Shown one piece after another: positions 9,832 through 20,083 of a stretch of DNA of 64,000 nucleotides. The notes under the pieces are model-generated. The model saw only the letters and a program-made list of their open reading frames with translations, did not search any database and was not told the origin of the DNA. Made by a program: the position numbers and the translations under genes. Source of the DNA: an uncultured Bacteroidota bacterium (GTDB lineage Bacteria; Bacteroidota; Ignavibacteria; Ignavibacteriales; Ignavibacteriaceae); NCBI GenBank assembly GCA_963787005.1, contig CAWBBX010000101.1, forward strand, positions 12,835-76,834, in the 5' to 3' direction. Numbering within the stretch: position 1 is the stretch's first letter; each line of letters starts with the position of its first letter.

Positions 9832-11712
9832 CTATTGTTCGTCGCCGTTCAGTTCCTGAGCAACAATCACCTTTTCTCTCTCCAGACCTCTGTTAACTTT
9901 CATTATTTCGAGACGCTCATCGTCAGTCGATGCGTTCTCCAGCTGCTTATGATTATTCGCAATTTGTTTTTCGATCTGTTCTAATTTAAATCTTTTCAGC
10001 GTGTCTCTTGTAATTTTAAGAAGCACCGTTTCGTGAGGAAGCCCCGGATAAAGCGTCTCCCAGTTTTTGCTGATGGAATATTTATCGAATGTAAGTTCAA
10101 GTACATAAGATCTCAGCTCTTCGTCATTAACTTTATCAATTAACGCGCTAGCAATAAGCTCCTCGTTACTATGGTATGTCTCGTATATTAAATGAGAGAG
10201 ATCCGCATGCGCTTCTATTGCAAAATCCTCAGGCCTTATGTGCAGAGAGATTAGTTCTATTACATCTTTGTTCGCCTCGAAAAGAAGTTTTATAAGCTCT
10301 CTTTCGAGATTGTAAATTTCCGGAGAAGCAGTTTTCGTTGTTGATTCCTGCACCGCTCGGTTCTGCTCGGCCGCCTGCCTGTCGCGTATTCTCTCTTCGC
10401 CGGTAATCTGTTTTCCGGCGGCGTTTATCGCTTTATCTAATTCCGCTTCTAAAAGCTTCTCTCTCAGATTAAATTTTTTAGAAATATTCTTTATCAGCAG
10501 ACTGCGCTTTAACTCATCACCGATAAGAGCAACCGGTTTCACTAATTCTCTTATCGCATTTGCAGTCGAAGCAGGATCGTCGAACATTCCCTGCGATTCG
10601 TAAATTTCCGACTGGTACTCAAGAAAATTCTGCGCTCTCTTTACAAGGTCTTCAAACTTTTCTCTTCCAAAATTATTTACGAAGGAATCGGGATCCTCGC
10701 CTCCGGGCAGAGAAGCGATTTTCACTTCTATGTCTCTTCTAAGCAGAAGCTCTATGCTTCTCATCGAAGCTTTTATTCCCGCGGTGTCGGCATCGAAAAG
10801 AAGGACAACATTTTTTGTATATCTGGAAATCAACTGAACCTGCTCTTCGGTCAATGCTGTCCCCGAAACAGCAACAACGTTTTTTACTCCTGCCTGATAC
10901 AGCGAAATAAGATCCATGTAACCTTCTACCATAATAGCTTTATCAAGCCTGCGGATCTCATCCTTCGCGAGTGATAGTCCGTAAAGGATTCTTCCCTTCG
11001 TATAAACCGATGACTCGGGCGAGTTAAGATACTTCGCTGTGCCTTCGCGCTTATCGAGAATTCTTCCGGCAAACGCGACCACCCTTCCGTTGGGAGAAAA
11101 AATAGGAAAGATTATTCTTCCCATAAATTTATCGTAAAGCCTTCCGTCGTTTCGCTGGCCTATTAAACCCAATGTCAGCGCTCTCTCGAGATCTAGTTTT
11201 TTTGACTGAGCAAAGCTTATAAAATCGTCCCAGTTGGGCATGGCGTATCCGAGTCCGAACGCGCGCATCGCCTGCGGCTTGATCTTTCTGTCGTGAAAAT
11301 ATTTTCTCGCAATCTCGCCTTCCGGTCTGTTAAGAAGATTATCCGAAAAATACCTTGCGGCTTCTGTATTTATGTCATAAAGTATTTCCTGCTCGGTCTG
11401 TCTTTCGCTGGTATCCTCCGAAAACTCAAGCGGGATTCCCTGTCTCTCGGCAAGTTCCTGAACCGCTTCGACAAACGATATCTTCTCGTAGTCCATTAAA
11501 AACTTGTACACGTTTCCGCCGGCGTGGCATCCGAAACAGTGGAATATCTGCTTCTCGTCGCTTACCGTAAAAGACGGTGTCTTCTCGTTGTGAAACGGGC
11601 ACAATCCAATATAATTCTTCCCTCTTTTCCTGAGCTGAACATACTCGGATATTATATCGACGATATTCGCCGACGCACGTATCTCTTCTATTTTATTTTC
11701 TGGTATTCTCAT
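9832..11712 (-). CDS. dnaG: DNA primase
   Basis: Zn-finger CPFHNEKTPSFTV...CFGCHAGG, TOPRIM EGYMD...DAD, 626 aa. Confidence 0.92.
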   Translation of the reverse strand: MRIPENKIEEIRASANIVDIISEYVQLRKRGKNYIGLCPFHNEKTPSFTVSDEKQIFHCFGCHAGGNVYKFLMDYEKISFVEAVQELAERQGIPLEFSEDTSERQTEQEILYDINTEAARYFSDNLLNRPEGEIARKYFHDRKIKPQAMRAFGLGYAMPNWDDFISFAQSKKLDLERALTLGLIGQRNDGRLYDKFMGRIIFPIFSPNGRVVAFAGRILDKREGTAKYLNSPESSVYTKGRILYGLSLAKDEIRRLDKAIMVEGYMDLISLYQAGVKNVVAVSGTALTEEQVQLISRYTKNVVLLFDADTAGIKASMRSIELLLRRDIEVKIASLPGGEDPDSFVNNFGREKFEDLVKRAQNFLEYQSEIYESQGMFDDPASTANAIRELVKPVALIGDELKRSLLIKNISKKFNLREKLLEAELDKAINAAGKQITGEERIRDRQAAEQNRAVQESTTKTASPEIYNLERELIKLLFEANKDVIELISLHIRPEDFAIEAHADLSHLIYETYHSNEELIASALIDKVNDEELRSYVLELTFDKYSISKNWETLYPGLPHETVLLKITRDTLKRFKLEQIEKQIANNHKQLENASTDDERLEIMKVNRGLEREKVIVAQELNGDEQ

Positions 11713-12150
11713 AAATATCCGGCAGTCCGCCGCTTCAGGCTAAAGTTAAAATGATGATTTAATTTAATAAAAAATCTTTAGAAGATTTTGATAGATTGCC
11801 CGTCCCCGGATTACGTCACTATCTCCCGGTGAAATTTTTATCGCTGCTGCTATGGTCCGGTTTTCGGTCCGGGAGTTTGCGCTGTTTTGCAGGATTTGCT
11901 ATTTATAATGCATCCGTTATATATAAAGATCAGGACGGCGATCAGCATTATTTTAATTACCGACTTAAGTTACATAACTATCCTTTTGAGATCGCAGATC
12001 TTGAACTCTCCTCAGGGGATTCCTTCGGACGAAAGGTGCCTTTGCGGTTGACCTTGAAGGTTTACACCAAGTTTAATGAATTTTGCGTAATTTCAGTAAA
12101 AGTTTAACTATTTATATATTTAGAGGACGGATAAGGAAAAAATTCACAAA

Positions 12151-12675
12151 GTGAACAATAATAGTATTTTATTTTTCGTTCCTGCTTCACATTTTAATGA
12201 AGCGGAATTCCTGACTTCCCGAGATTATGCCGAAAAGGCAGGATTTAAGGTCTTCATTACTTCCGACGCGCGCGGACTATGCGTCGGGCAAAACGGACTG
12301 AAAGTAAAAGCGGATGTAAATCTTAACAACGTCAACGCGAATAATTTCGCGGCGTTTGTCTTGATCGGCGGGGCGGGTGCCAGGGAATACGGCGGCAACC
12401 GAACACTTCATAAGATCGCCGCCGGATTCAATGCGAAGGAGAAGACCATCGCGGCTATCTGCAGTGCTCCCGTTATTCTCGCGAAGGCGGGAATTCTAAA
12501 CGGAATAACGGCAACTTGTTTTGTAGAAGACAAAGCCGATCTCTTAAGCGGCGGAGCGGATTATAAAGACACGCCGCTGGTTATAAGAAAAAATATTATT
12601 ACGGCAAACAATCCGGCGGTAAGCAGCCAATTCGCCGAAGCTGTATTGAATGCAGTAAAAACGAAAACCGATTGA
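12151..12675 (+). CDS. DJ-1/PfpI-family protein
   Basis: GTG start. Nucleophile elbow AAICSAPVILAKAG. 174 aa. Confidence 0.85.
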   Translation: MNNNSILFFVPASHFNEAEFLTSRDYAEKAGFKVFITSDARGLCVGQNGLKVKADVNLNNVNANNFAAFVLIGGAGAREYGGNRTLHKIAAGFNAKEKTIAAICSAPVILAKAGILNGITATCFVEDKADLLSGGADYKDTPLVIRKNIITANNPAVSSQFAEAVLNAVKTKTD

Positions 12676-12678
12676 AAT

Positions 12679-14688
12679 ATGCCTGACCCGATAAATAAGA
12701 TTAAAACATACTGCAACAGCCTAACTTCTTACTCCAGGTATCGCACCAGAGAAGTTCATATCGGCGATGTTCCGATGGGCGGCGATAATCCCATCCGGAT
12801 ACAGTCGATGACTACCACCGATACGATGGATACCATCGGTACGGTAGAACAGACGATAAGAATGGTTAAATCGGGATGCGACTACGTAAGAATAACCGCC
12901 CCCAGCAAACTCGAAGCTCAAAACCTCGAAGATATCAAAAACGAACTGAGAAAGCGCGGCTGCAGCGTTCCGCTGATCGCGGATATACATTTTACCCCCA
13001 ACGCCGCAGAACTAGCCGCGAGAATTGTGGAAAAGGTACGGGTTAACCCGGGCAATTATGTTGACCGGAAGAAATTCCAAACTCTAGAATATACCAACGA
13101 ACAGTACAACGCCGAGATTGAAAGGATAAGGAAACGCTTTACTCCTCTCGTCAAGGTCTGTAAGGAATACGGCACAGCGATGCGCATAGGAACGAACCAC
13201 GGATCTTTATCCGACAGGATAATGAGCCGCTACGGGGATACGCCGCTCGGCATGGTGGAATCTGCGCTGGAGTTCGTAAGAATCTGCGAGGATCTGAAAT
13301 ATTTTGAAATCACTCTTTCGATGAAAGCCAGCAATCCTCAGATAATGGTGCAGGCCTACCGTCTTCTTATTCAAGAGATGGAAAAAGAAAACATGAACTA
13401 TCCGCTTCACATCGGCGTAACAGAAGCCGGCGGCGGAGAGGACGGCAGGATTAAATCGGCCATGGGAATAGGCGCGCTTCTGGAGGACGGCCTGGGCGAT
13501 ACTGTGAGAGTATCTCTTACCGAGGATCCCGAGTTCGAAGCGCCGGTTGCGATCGAACTGGTGGACAGATATAAAGACCGTCCCGGACACAAGCCGATTG
13601 TTCCTGTCGATGAGCTTCCTTATGATCCTCTCGAATACTCGAGGAGACATACAATAGAAATAGGCGGCATGGGCGGAACGAACGTGCCCAGGGTTTTCGC
13701 CGATTTCAGCAGAAGGGAAATTAACTCGCCTGCCGACCTGAGCGATATCGGTTACTTCTACAACGAGCCGACCGACAAATGGAACATGAACGACATCGCC
13801 CCGGATTTTATATACACCGGGGAAAAAATTATTCCGTTCGATATACCTCACGGACTTAAAGCGGTGAACGACTATGATGCGTGGCGGACAACTGAAAATA
13901 AGGCTAATTGTTTTCCTCTACTTACGGCAAAGGATTATTCAACCGATGGCGTAAAATCGGAAACGCTTAACTTTATTCAATTAAGCATTGATGATCTATC
14001 CGATGATTTATTGAAAAGAATAAGCGAAGATAAAACCGCCGTCGTAGTTTTAACTACAAACAACGCTCACGGCATGCCCGAACAGAGGCGCGTGTTCATA
14101 GATCTTCTTCAAAAAAGAATTGAAAATCCGGTAATAATAAAACGATCTTATTCAAAGCTCGATCTGGATCAAGTCAGACTTTTTACTGCGACGGACTTCG
14201 GCGCGCTTTTAATAGAAGGATTCGGCGACGGGGTCTGGACCGAAATTTCGGAAGGATTGGAAGAAAATAAGGAAAATGAAAACGGTACCGAACACGTTAG
14301 AAGTTTTGTAAAAAAAGAATCCGTTGAAAAAATCGTCAACCGGGTAATGTTCGGTATTCTTCAGGCGGCAAGGACAAGGATATCGAAAACCGAATATATC
14401 GCCTGCCCTTCCTGCGGAAGAACGCTGTTCGATCTGCAGGAAACAACGGATATGATAAGAAAGCGCACAGAACACTTGAAAGGAGTAAAAATAGCGATAA
14501 TGGGGTGTATCGTTAACGGTCCGGGCGAAATGGCCGACGCGGATTACGGCTACGTTGGCTCGGGTGTGGGAAAAATAACTCTTTACAGGGGAAAAGACAT
14601 CGTAAAACGCAATATCCCTTCCGCGGGCGCGGTGGATTCCCTGATAGAGATTATAAAAGAAGACAATAACTGGGTAAATCCCGATTAA
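12679..14688 (+). CDS. ispG: 4-hydroxy-3-methylbut-2-en-1-yl diphosphate synthase, long form with inserted domain
   Basis: TIM-barrel N-domain (VQSMTTTDT, IADIHF) and a C-terminal 4Fe-4S domain (CPSCGRT...GCIVNGPGE), separated by a ~270-aa insert. 669 aa. Confidence 0.92.
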   Translation: MPDPINKIKTYCNSLTSYSRYRTREVHIGDVPMGGDNPIRIQSMTTTDTMDTIGTVEQTIRMVKSGCDYVRITAPSKLEAQNLEDIKNELRKRGCSVPLIADIHFTPNAAELAARIVEKVRVNPGNYVDRKKFQTLEYTNEQYNAEIERIRKRFTPLVKVCKEYGTAMRIGTNHGSLSDRIMSRYGDTPLGMVESALEFVRICEDLKYFEITLSMKASNPQIMVQAYRLLIQEMEKENMNYPLHIGVTEAGGGEDGRIKSAMGIGALLEDGLGDTVRVSLTEDPEFEAPVAIELVDRYKDRPGHKPIVPVDELPYDPLEYSRRHTIEIGGMGGTNVPRVFADFSRREINSPADLSDIGYFYNEPTDKWNMNDIAPDFIYTGEKIIPFDIPHGLKAVNDYDAWRTTENKANCFPLLTAKDYSTDGVKSETLNFIQLSIDDLSDDLLKRISEDKTAVVVLTTNNAHGMPEQRRVFIDLLQKRIENPVIIKRSYSKLDLDQVRLFTATDFGALLIEGFGDGVWTEISEGLEENKENENGTEHVRSFVKKESVEKIVNRVMFGILQAARTRISKTEYIACPSCGRTLFDLQETTDMIRKRTEHLKGVKIAIMGCIVNGPGEMADADYGYVGSGVGKITLYRGKDIVKRNIPSAGAVDSLIEIIKEDNNWVNPD

Positions 14689-14896
14689 CTGTAAATTCAT
14701 GCAGTTTTCTCGGTAACATATATCACAGATAAAAATTTTATTTTTTGATATACTCTTTTTGTTGTTGATAATTAGATGCCGAAAAAGTATATTTGAAGAC
14801 TTAATATGGCAGAAAAAACAGACAAATTAATATATCTCAAGCTTGTTTATTCCGCTGCAAAGCGGCTGAGAGCTAAAGACCAGAAAAATTAGAAAG

Positions 14897-14930
14897 ATGC
14901 ACCCCGATTAAATCGGGGTGCATTTTTTTT
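14897..14930 (+). terminator. Rho-independent terminator-like hairpin 4 nt upstream of the nif3 start
   Basis: ATGCACCCCGAT-TAA-ATCGGGGTGCAT followed by T8. Confidence 0.7.
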
Positions 14931-14933
14931 GCT

Positions 14934-16049
14934 ATGACATGTAATGATATAATAAAATACTTTGAGGGATGGGCGCCCAGAGAAATCGCCTGGCAGAAAG
15001 ACAACGTAGGTTTGCAGGTGGGATCGACGAATAGGAAAGTTAAAAACATAATGCTGTGTCTGGAGCTTACCGACAGTGTTCTTGACGACGCGATAAAAAA
15101 GAGGTGCAACTTTATCTTCACCCATCATCCCCTCCTCTTCCGCCCTCTGAATAAGATCGATACCGAGACAAACAAGATTTCCAGGCAAGTAGAAAAACTG
15201 ATTAAAAACGATATCACTCTTTATTCGGCCCATACCAATCTTGATTTTACGAAAGACGGGGTCAGCTTTGAGCTGGCAAAAGTACTGAAGCTGAAGAATA
15301 TCCGTTTCCTGCATAACGCTGAATCAAATCAGTTTAAGCTTACTGTTTTTGTTCCCGGTGAACATGCGGAAAAAGTAACCGGCGCAATCTTCGAAGAGGG
15401 CGGCGGAATTATTGGCGAGTATTCCGGGTGCAGCTTCAGGACCGAGGGAAAAGGAACATTTACCGGCTCTGCAAAATCTAAACCTTCAGTTGGGAGAAAA
15501 CAGGTGCGTGAATCGATAAGCGAGGTTAAGCTGGAAGTAGTTGTCGATTCTTGGAAACTGCCCGGAGTAATAAAATCTATGATTAAGGCGCATCCTTACG
15601 AAGAAGTCGCTTACGATGTTTATCCGCTTAATAACCTCAACGTGAATTACGGAGCGGGCGCTCTGGGAGAGCTTGAGACGTCTATGAGCCGAAAAGATTT
15701 TTTAAAACACGTATCGGAAAAACTGAGGGCAAAAAATTTCAGGTATACAGGGGGCAAAAGTGGAAGAATTAGTACAGTTGCCGTCTGCGGAGGATCGGGG
15801 AGTGATCTGATCTCCGACGCGGTAAAGTCCGGTGCCGACGCGTACATCACCGCCGATCTGAAATACCACACTTTTCACGATTACAGCGGCAAGATACTTC
15901 TAATTGACGCCGGGCATTACGAGACCGAAATTCATTCTCTCAACGAAGTGAAGAGAAGACTCGAAAAATTTATTGGCGGAAGAAAATCGAATACAAAAGT
16001 TTTTAAATACGGCGGATCGACGAATCCCATCATTTTTTACAACAATTAA
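14934..16049 (+). CDS. Nif3-like dinuclear metal centre protein (GTP cyclohydrolase 1 type 2 homologue, long form)
   Basis: N-terminus ...WAPREIAWQKDNVGLQVG, HHPLLF, AHTNLD and a C-terminal GHYETE motif. Confidence 0.88.
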   Translation: MTCNDIIKYFEGWAPREIAWQKDNVGLQVGSTNRKVKNIMLCLELTDSVLDDAIKKRCNFIFTHHPLLFRPLNKIDTETNKISRQVEKLIKNDITLYSAHTNLDFTKDGVSFELAKVLKLKNIRFLHNAESNQFKLTVFVPGEHAEKVTGAIFEEGGGIIGEYSGCSFRTEGKGTFTGSAKSKPSVGRKQVRESISEVKLEVVVDSWKLPGVIKSMIKAHPYEEVAYDVYPLNNLNVNYGAGALGELETSMSRKDFLKHVSEKLRAKNFRYTGGKSGRISTVAVCGGSGSDLISDAVKSGADAYITADLKYHTFHDYSGKILLIDAGHYETEIHSLNEVKRRLEKFIGGRKSNTKVFKYGGSTNPIIFYNN

Positions 16050-16063
16050 GGAGCATAATAAAA

Positions 16064-16789
16064 TTGTTTGACAGGTTAAAAATACTCTATGAGTTGCAAA
16101 ACATAGACGATCAGTTGGATGAACTTGAAGAACTCCGCGGAGATCTTCCTCACACTGTAGAATCCCTAGAGGATAGCATCAGAGAGATAAAAGACGATAT
16201 CGCTAATAAGGAAAAAGAACGCAAGGAATCTCTCGAGAAAAGAGAGCAAAACGAGGAAGAGATAGAAAAGCTGAAAGAAAACGAGAAGAAGTTCAAGGCT
16301 CAGCTATACCAGGTAAGAAACAACAAAGAATACGACGCCCTCACAAAGGAAATAGACCACACCGAGGAGCAGGTTACAAAACTTGAAGCAGAGAACGACA
16401 ATCTCGCCGATTTCAGTAAAAAAGTGGCCGACGAAATAGAAGAAAATTCGCCGCAGCTCGAAACCCTGAATGAAGAGCTGAAGGTAAAACAGGCCGACCT
16501 CAAGGAAATCGTCAAGGCAAACGAAAAAGAAGAGCAGAAACTCAGAACCAAGAGAAAAGAAATAGAGGCACTGACAAAGAAGCCCGACTATTCCGCTTAC
16601 ATGAGAATAAGAAAGGCGAAAAAAGGAAAAGCGGTAGCTACTATCAGACGCTCCGCCTGCTCAGGGTGCCATAATATTGTTCCCTCGCAGAGACAGCTCG
16701 AGATCAGAAGAAACAACAAGCTTTTCTTCTGTGAGTACTGCGGAAGAATATTGGTATCGACGGAAATAGCCGAAACAGTCGACGCGTAA
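16064..16789 (+). CDS. coiled-coil protein with a C4 zinc ribbon (COG1579-like)
   Basis: TTG start. A long charged coiled coil, then CSGCHNIVP...CEYCGRIL. It sits immediately downstream of nif3. Confidence 0.75.
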   Translation: MFDRLKILYELQNIDDQLDELEELRGDLPHTVESLEDSIREIKDDIANKEKERKESLEKREQNEEEIEKLKENEKKFKAQLYQVRNNKEYDALTKEIDHTEEQVTKLEAENDNLADFSKKVADEIEENSPQLETLNEELKVKQADLKEIVKANEKEEQKLRTKRKEIEALTKKPDYSAYMRIRKAKKGKAVATIRRSACSGCHNIVPSQRQLEIRRNNKLFFCEYCGRILVSTEIAETVDA

Positions 16790-16990
16790 TTTCTTTCTCG
16801 TATATTATTGATCTCTCTTATGCCGTAAAACCGCGGCGCTTGTACCGGCATATAAAGTCGGTACGAGTGACAAGAGAGAATTTTTAATTCCCCGGAAACT
16901 CTCCTCCGAACTGTATCTTACCCTAATTTTCTCTCTATAATTATTTATTGAATATTCTGAGTAATTCACTGAAAGATCAAAAAAAAATTA

Positions 16991-17547
16991 TCAGATATTC
17001 CAGCCGAACAAAAAATTCAATCTTATCATGTTCTTAAATGTGTAAGCTTCCCAGGTTGAAGGATTTTCATCATATTTTCTTAAATACTTAATGATCTTAG
17101 GTTTCGAAGTCGGCACATAATATTTTAACTCCATGGAGAAGGAATTCGTTATTTGAACTCCTCCCCCTAAATAAATAGTCCATATAGATGAATTAAAAGT
17201 AATTTCCTCATTGCCTATCTGAAGTCCCTCGTTAGAATGTTGTAATATTCCGGTTGCGAAATAAACTCGGGCTAATAAATTTATACTTACCCCCTAATAC
17301 CAAATTCCCAGCCCTTAAATTCCGTATCAAAAGTTCTTCCTATTTGAGCAAGGAAAGAAATATCTTTTAGGGGGCTAAATGATAAATCCAAATGAGCTGC
17401 CAAAGGTAACCCTTCTGTCCCTAAATTTTGCGAGTTGTTCGCTTTGTCAATTTTAACTTGATGAAAGCCTATGTCAAATCCCAACTTCAAGTTTTGGGCT
17501 TGCAGTAAAGATGAACAAGCTAACAGAATTCCGATGAATATTTTCAT
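16991..17547 (-). pseudogene. small outer-membrane beta-barrel protein interrupted by a frameshift
   Basis: The 5' part (17287-17547) has a signal peptide, MKIFIGILLACSSLLQAQ. A second frame is open from 17293 to 16994 and ends ...NFLFGWNI*. The frames meet at a run of five C (17290-17294). Confidence 0.45.
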
Positions 17548-17838
17548 AATTATCCCCCATCAAAATCGGATTAATTTAATATAATAGATTTTAAGTTGGC
17601 ACCTATTTCCTGCCGGCATGCGCAATTCTTTTCAGGCACGTTAACATTTTTTTTCAGGCCGGACAGATAAATATATGACTGATCTTTTCTGCTGTTTTAA
17701 GAGAAGTAATTTATTATATTTGGCCATTAAAATAATTTAACTTTCACCATTTATAATCATTTTGTTAAATTTAAGAAGTAATTGTATTAAGCCGTATAAC
17801 GTTCATCGTCCCTCGGCTTAAAAAGGAATAAAAGAACG

Positions 17839-18309
17839 GTTCAGGTCGGGCAATTGCTCTTCGCCTTGCGCGGGGGGAGGAAAGTCCGAACTTCACAGAA
17901 CAGGGTGCCGGGTAACACCCGGGGTCCCGGGATGCAGGCCTCAAAGCTTGCGGAACCGGGATACGGAAAGTGCCGCAGAAAATATACCGCCCCGATATTA
18001 TCGGGGTAAGGGTGAAATGGCGAGGTAAGAGCTCACCGCGGGAATGGTAACATTTCCGGTGCCGTAAGGCATCCCGACTACCTGCCGGTAGCAGGTTTTA
18101 TCGGGACAAGGTAAACCCCACCCGAAGCAAGGTTAAATAGGGAAGTTTTTCCCGGCTCGACCGGGAGCAGGGTTGTTCGCTCTGTTTGTCTATTAAAAGG
18201 CAGGAACTTCCGGGTAAACCGCTCGAGCCCGGCAGTAATGACGGGCCTAGACAAATAATTGCCGTCCCGGTTTTAATCGGGATTACAAAATTCGGCTTAC
18301 AGACCTGAA
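17839..18309 (+). ncRNA. rnpB: RNase P RNA, bacterial type A
   Basis: P1 pairing TTCAGGTC/GACCTGAA. Conserved blocks GAGGAAAGTCCG, CAGGGTGCCGGGTAAC, GTAAGGGTGAAA, GGTAAGAGCTCACC, GGTAAACCCCACCCGAAGCAAG, CTAGACAAATAATTGCC and ACAAAATTCGGCTTA. Confidence 0.92.
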
Positions 18310-18352
18310 TCTATTTCTTTGTTCTTTTAATTATCTTCTATGGATAATTAAT

Positions 18353-20083
18353 ATGTTGAAAAAACGTTGGGATATAAGAGAAGTTGATGATGACCTCACG
18401 GTAAAATCATTAGCTGACTCTCTTAATATTTCCGATATCCTAGCCAAACTTTTGGTTCTTCGGAATATAAAGAACTATCACCAGGCAAAAACATTTTTCC
18501 GCCCATCGCTAGAATCACTTCACAATCCCTTTTTAATGGACGGCATGGAAGCCGCAACGTACAGAGTTATTCAGGCTCTTACTGAAAACCAGTCCATCTG
18601 TGTTTTCGGAGATTACGACGTGGACGGGACCTGTTCTACCGCTCTTCTCTATATGTTTCTTAAAAAACTCGATGCGAACGCGGATTTTTATATTCCCAAA
18701 AGACTAACCGAAGGATACGGACTTTCTAAAACCGGGATCGATTACATCAAGAGCAAGGGCGTCTCTCTGCTTATTTCCGTCGACTGCGGAATTACAGCGG
18801 TAGAAGAAACCGCTTATGCAAAGGAACTGGGAATCGATCTTATTATATGCGATCACCACCAGCCGAAAGATGAGCTGCCGGATGCGTACGCAGTGCTCGA
18901 TCCGCTGAAGCCGGGATGTAATTACCCTTTCAAATATCTTTCCGGCGCGGGCGTGGCGTTTAAGCTGGCGCAGGGCGTATCGGAAAGAATAGGAAAAAGA
19001 GATCTGCCGATGGAGTACCTCGATCTCGTTGCTCTCGCGGGAGCGGCAGATATTGTCCCTCTAGTTGATGAGAACAGGGTTCTCGTTAAAGAAGGACTCG
19101 AAAGAATAAACGTCTCTCCGCGTCCCGGTATACTTGCGTTAATCGAAAGCTGCAACATTCTCCCCGGAAATCTTACGTCGGGCCAGGTTGTGTTTACGAT
19201 AGCGCCGCGTATTAATGCAGTAGGAAGACTGGGCGACGCGCAGAGAGCGGTGGAACTGCTTATAACCGAAAATAAATCCGAAGCTCTTAAGATGGCGGAG
19301 GTGCTGGAATCGGAAAATCATGAAAGAAGAAAAATCGACGAAACCACTTTCGACAGCGCACTGGAAATAGTAGAGAACTCGCTCGATCTCAGCGAGGATG
19401 TCGCCATTATTCTTCACCAGGAGCAGTGGCATCCCGGTGTTATCGGGATAGTGGCTTCAAGGCTTGTGGAAAAATATTACAGGCCCACTATAATGCTTAC
19501 TACGGTTGACGGAGTGGCGAAAGGTTCCGCGAGAAGTATTTCGAACTTCAACATTTACGAAGCACTGAAAAAATGCGAGGACCTGCTGATACACTTCGGC
19601 GGACATCAGGCTGCGGCGGGACTGGCGGTTGAGGTCGACAAAATAGAAGAATTTAGATCGAAGTTTAACCAGATCGTAAAAGAATCTATTACCGACGAGG
19701 AACTTCTTCCGGAAATTCATATAGATTCAAGGTTGAGATTTTCCGAGATAACACCGAAATTTCTCAGGATAATAGATCAATATTCTCCGTTCGGACCCGG
19801 GAATATGAGGCCGGTTTTCCTTTCGGAGAACGTGGAGATTTCCAACTTTCCGAGAATAGTCGGCAACAATCACCTGCTTGTTAGCTTGAAGCAGAAGGGA
19901 TCCGACAAGGTGTTCGACAGCATCGGTTTTAATATAGGTGAGTTCTGCAATATGATAAACAAGCGCGGCATGCCATTCGACATTGTATATACCATTGATA
20001 AAAGTACGAGAGACGGCAGAACTTTGCCGCAGTTCAGGTTAAAGGATATTAAAATAAAAGAAAATTACGAGGAGCCAAATTAA
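18353..20083 (+). CDS. recJ: single-stranded-DNA-specific exonuclease RecJ
   Basis: DHH motifs (GDYDVDG, DCG, ICDHH) and DHHA1 (GGHQAAAG). Confidence 0.92.
   Translation: MLKKRWDIREVDDDLTVKSLADSLNISDILAKLLVLRNIKNYHQAKTFFRPSLESLHNPFLMDGMEAATYRVIQALTENQSICVFGDYDVDGTCSTALLYMFLKKLDANADFYIPKRLTEGYGLSKTGIDYIKSKGVSLLISVDCGITAVEETAYAKELGIDLIICDHHQPKDELPDAYAVLDPLKPGCNYPFKYLSGAGVAFKLAQGVSERIGKRDLPMEYLDLVALAGAADIVPLVDENRVLVKEGLERINVSPRPGILALIESCNILPGNLTSGQVVFTIAPRINAVGRLGDAQRAVELLITENKSEALKMAEVLESENHERRKIDETTFDSALEIVENSLDLSEDVAIILHQEQWHPGVIGIVASRLVEKYYRPTIMLTTVDGVAKGSARSISNFNIYEALKKCEDLLIHFGGHQAAAGLAVEVDKIEEFRSKFNQIVKESITDEELLPEIHIDSRLRFSEITPKFLRIIDQYSPFGPGNMRPVFLSENVEISNFPRIVGNNHLLVSLKQKGSDKVFDSIGFNIGEFCNMINKRGMPFDIVYTIDKSTRDGRTLPQFRLKDIKIKENYEEPN

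Noticed and set aside
11796-12107. 103-aa ORF in the dnaG/DJ-1 intergenic region, and a 32-aa lipoprotein-like minus-strand ORF (11850-11948, MLIAVLIFIYNGC...).
   Set aside because: The plus-strand ORF has no motif, no start context and an odd composition. The mini-ORF has a lipobox-like YNGC but lacks a charged n-region and is very short. Neither can be supported.
13207-13851. Long antisense ORFs inside well-supported genes. Examples: 13207-13851 within ispG, 14209-14700, 20994-21440 within ruvC, 43642-44106 within the LytS kinase, 49873-50376 within GH13, and 52585-53073.
   Set aside because: These are shadow ORFs opposite genes with clear family motifs. Their products are low-complexity or Arg/Ser-rich, with no recognisable motifs.
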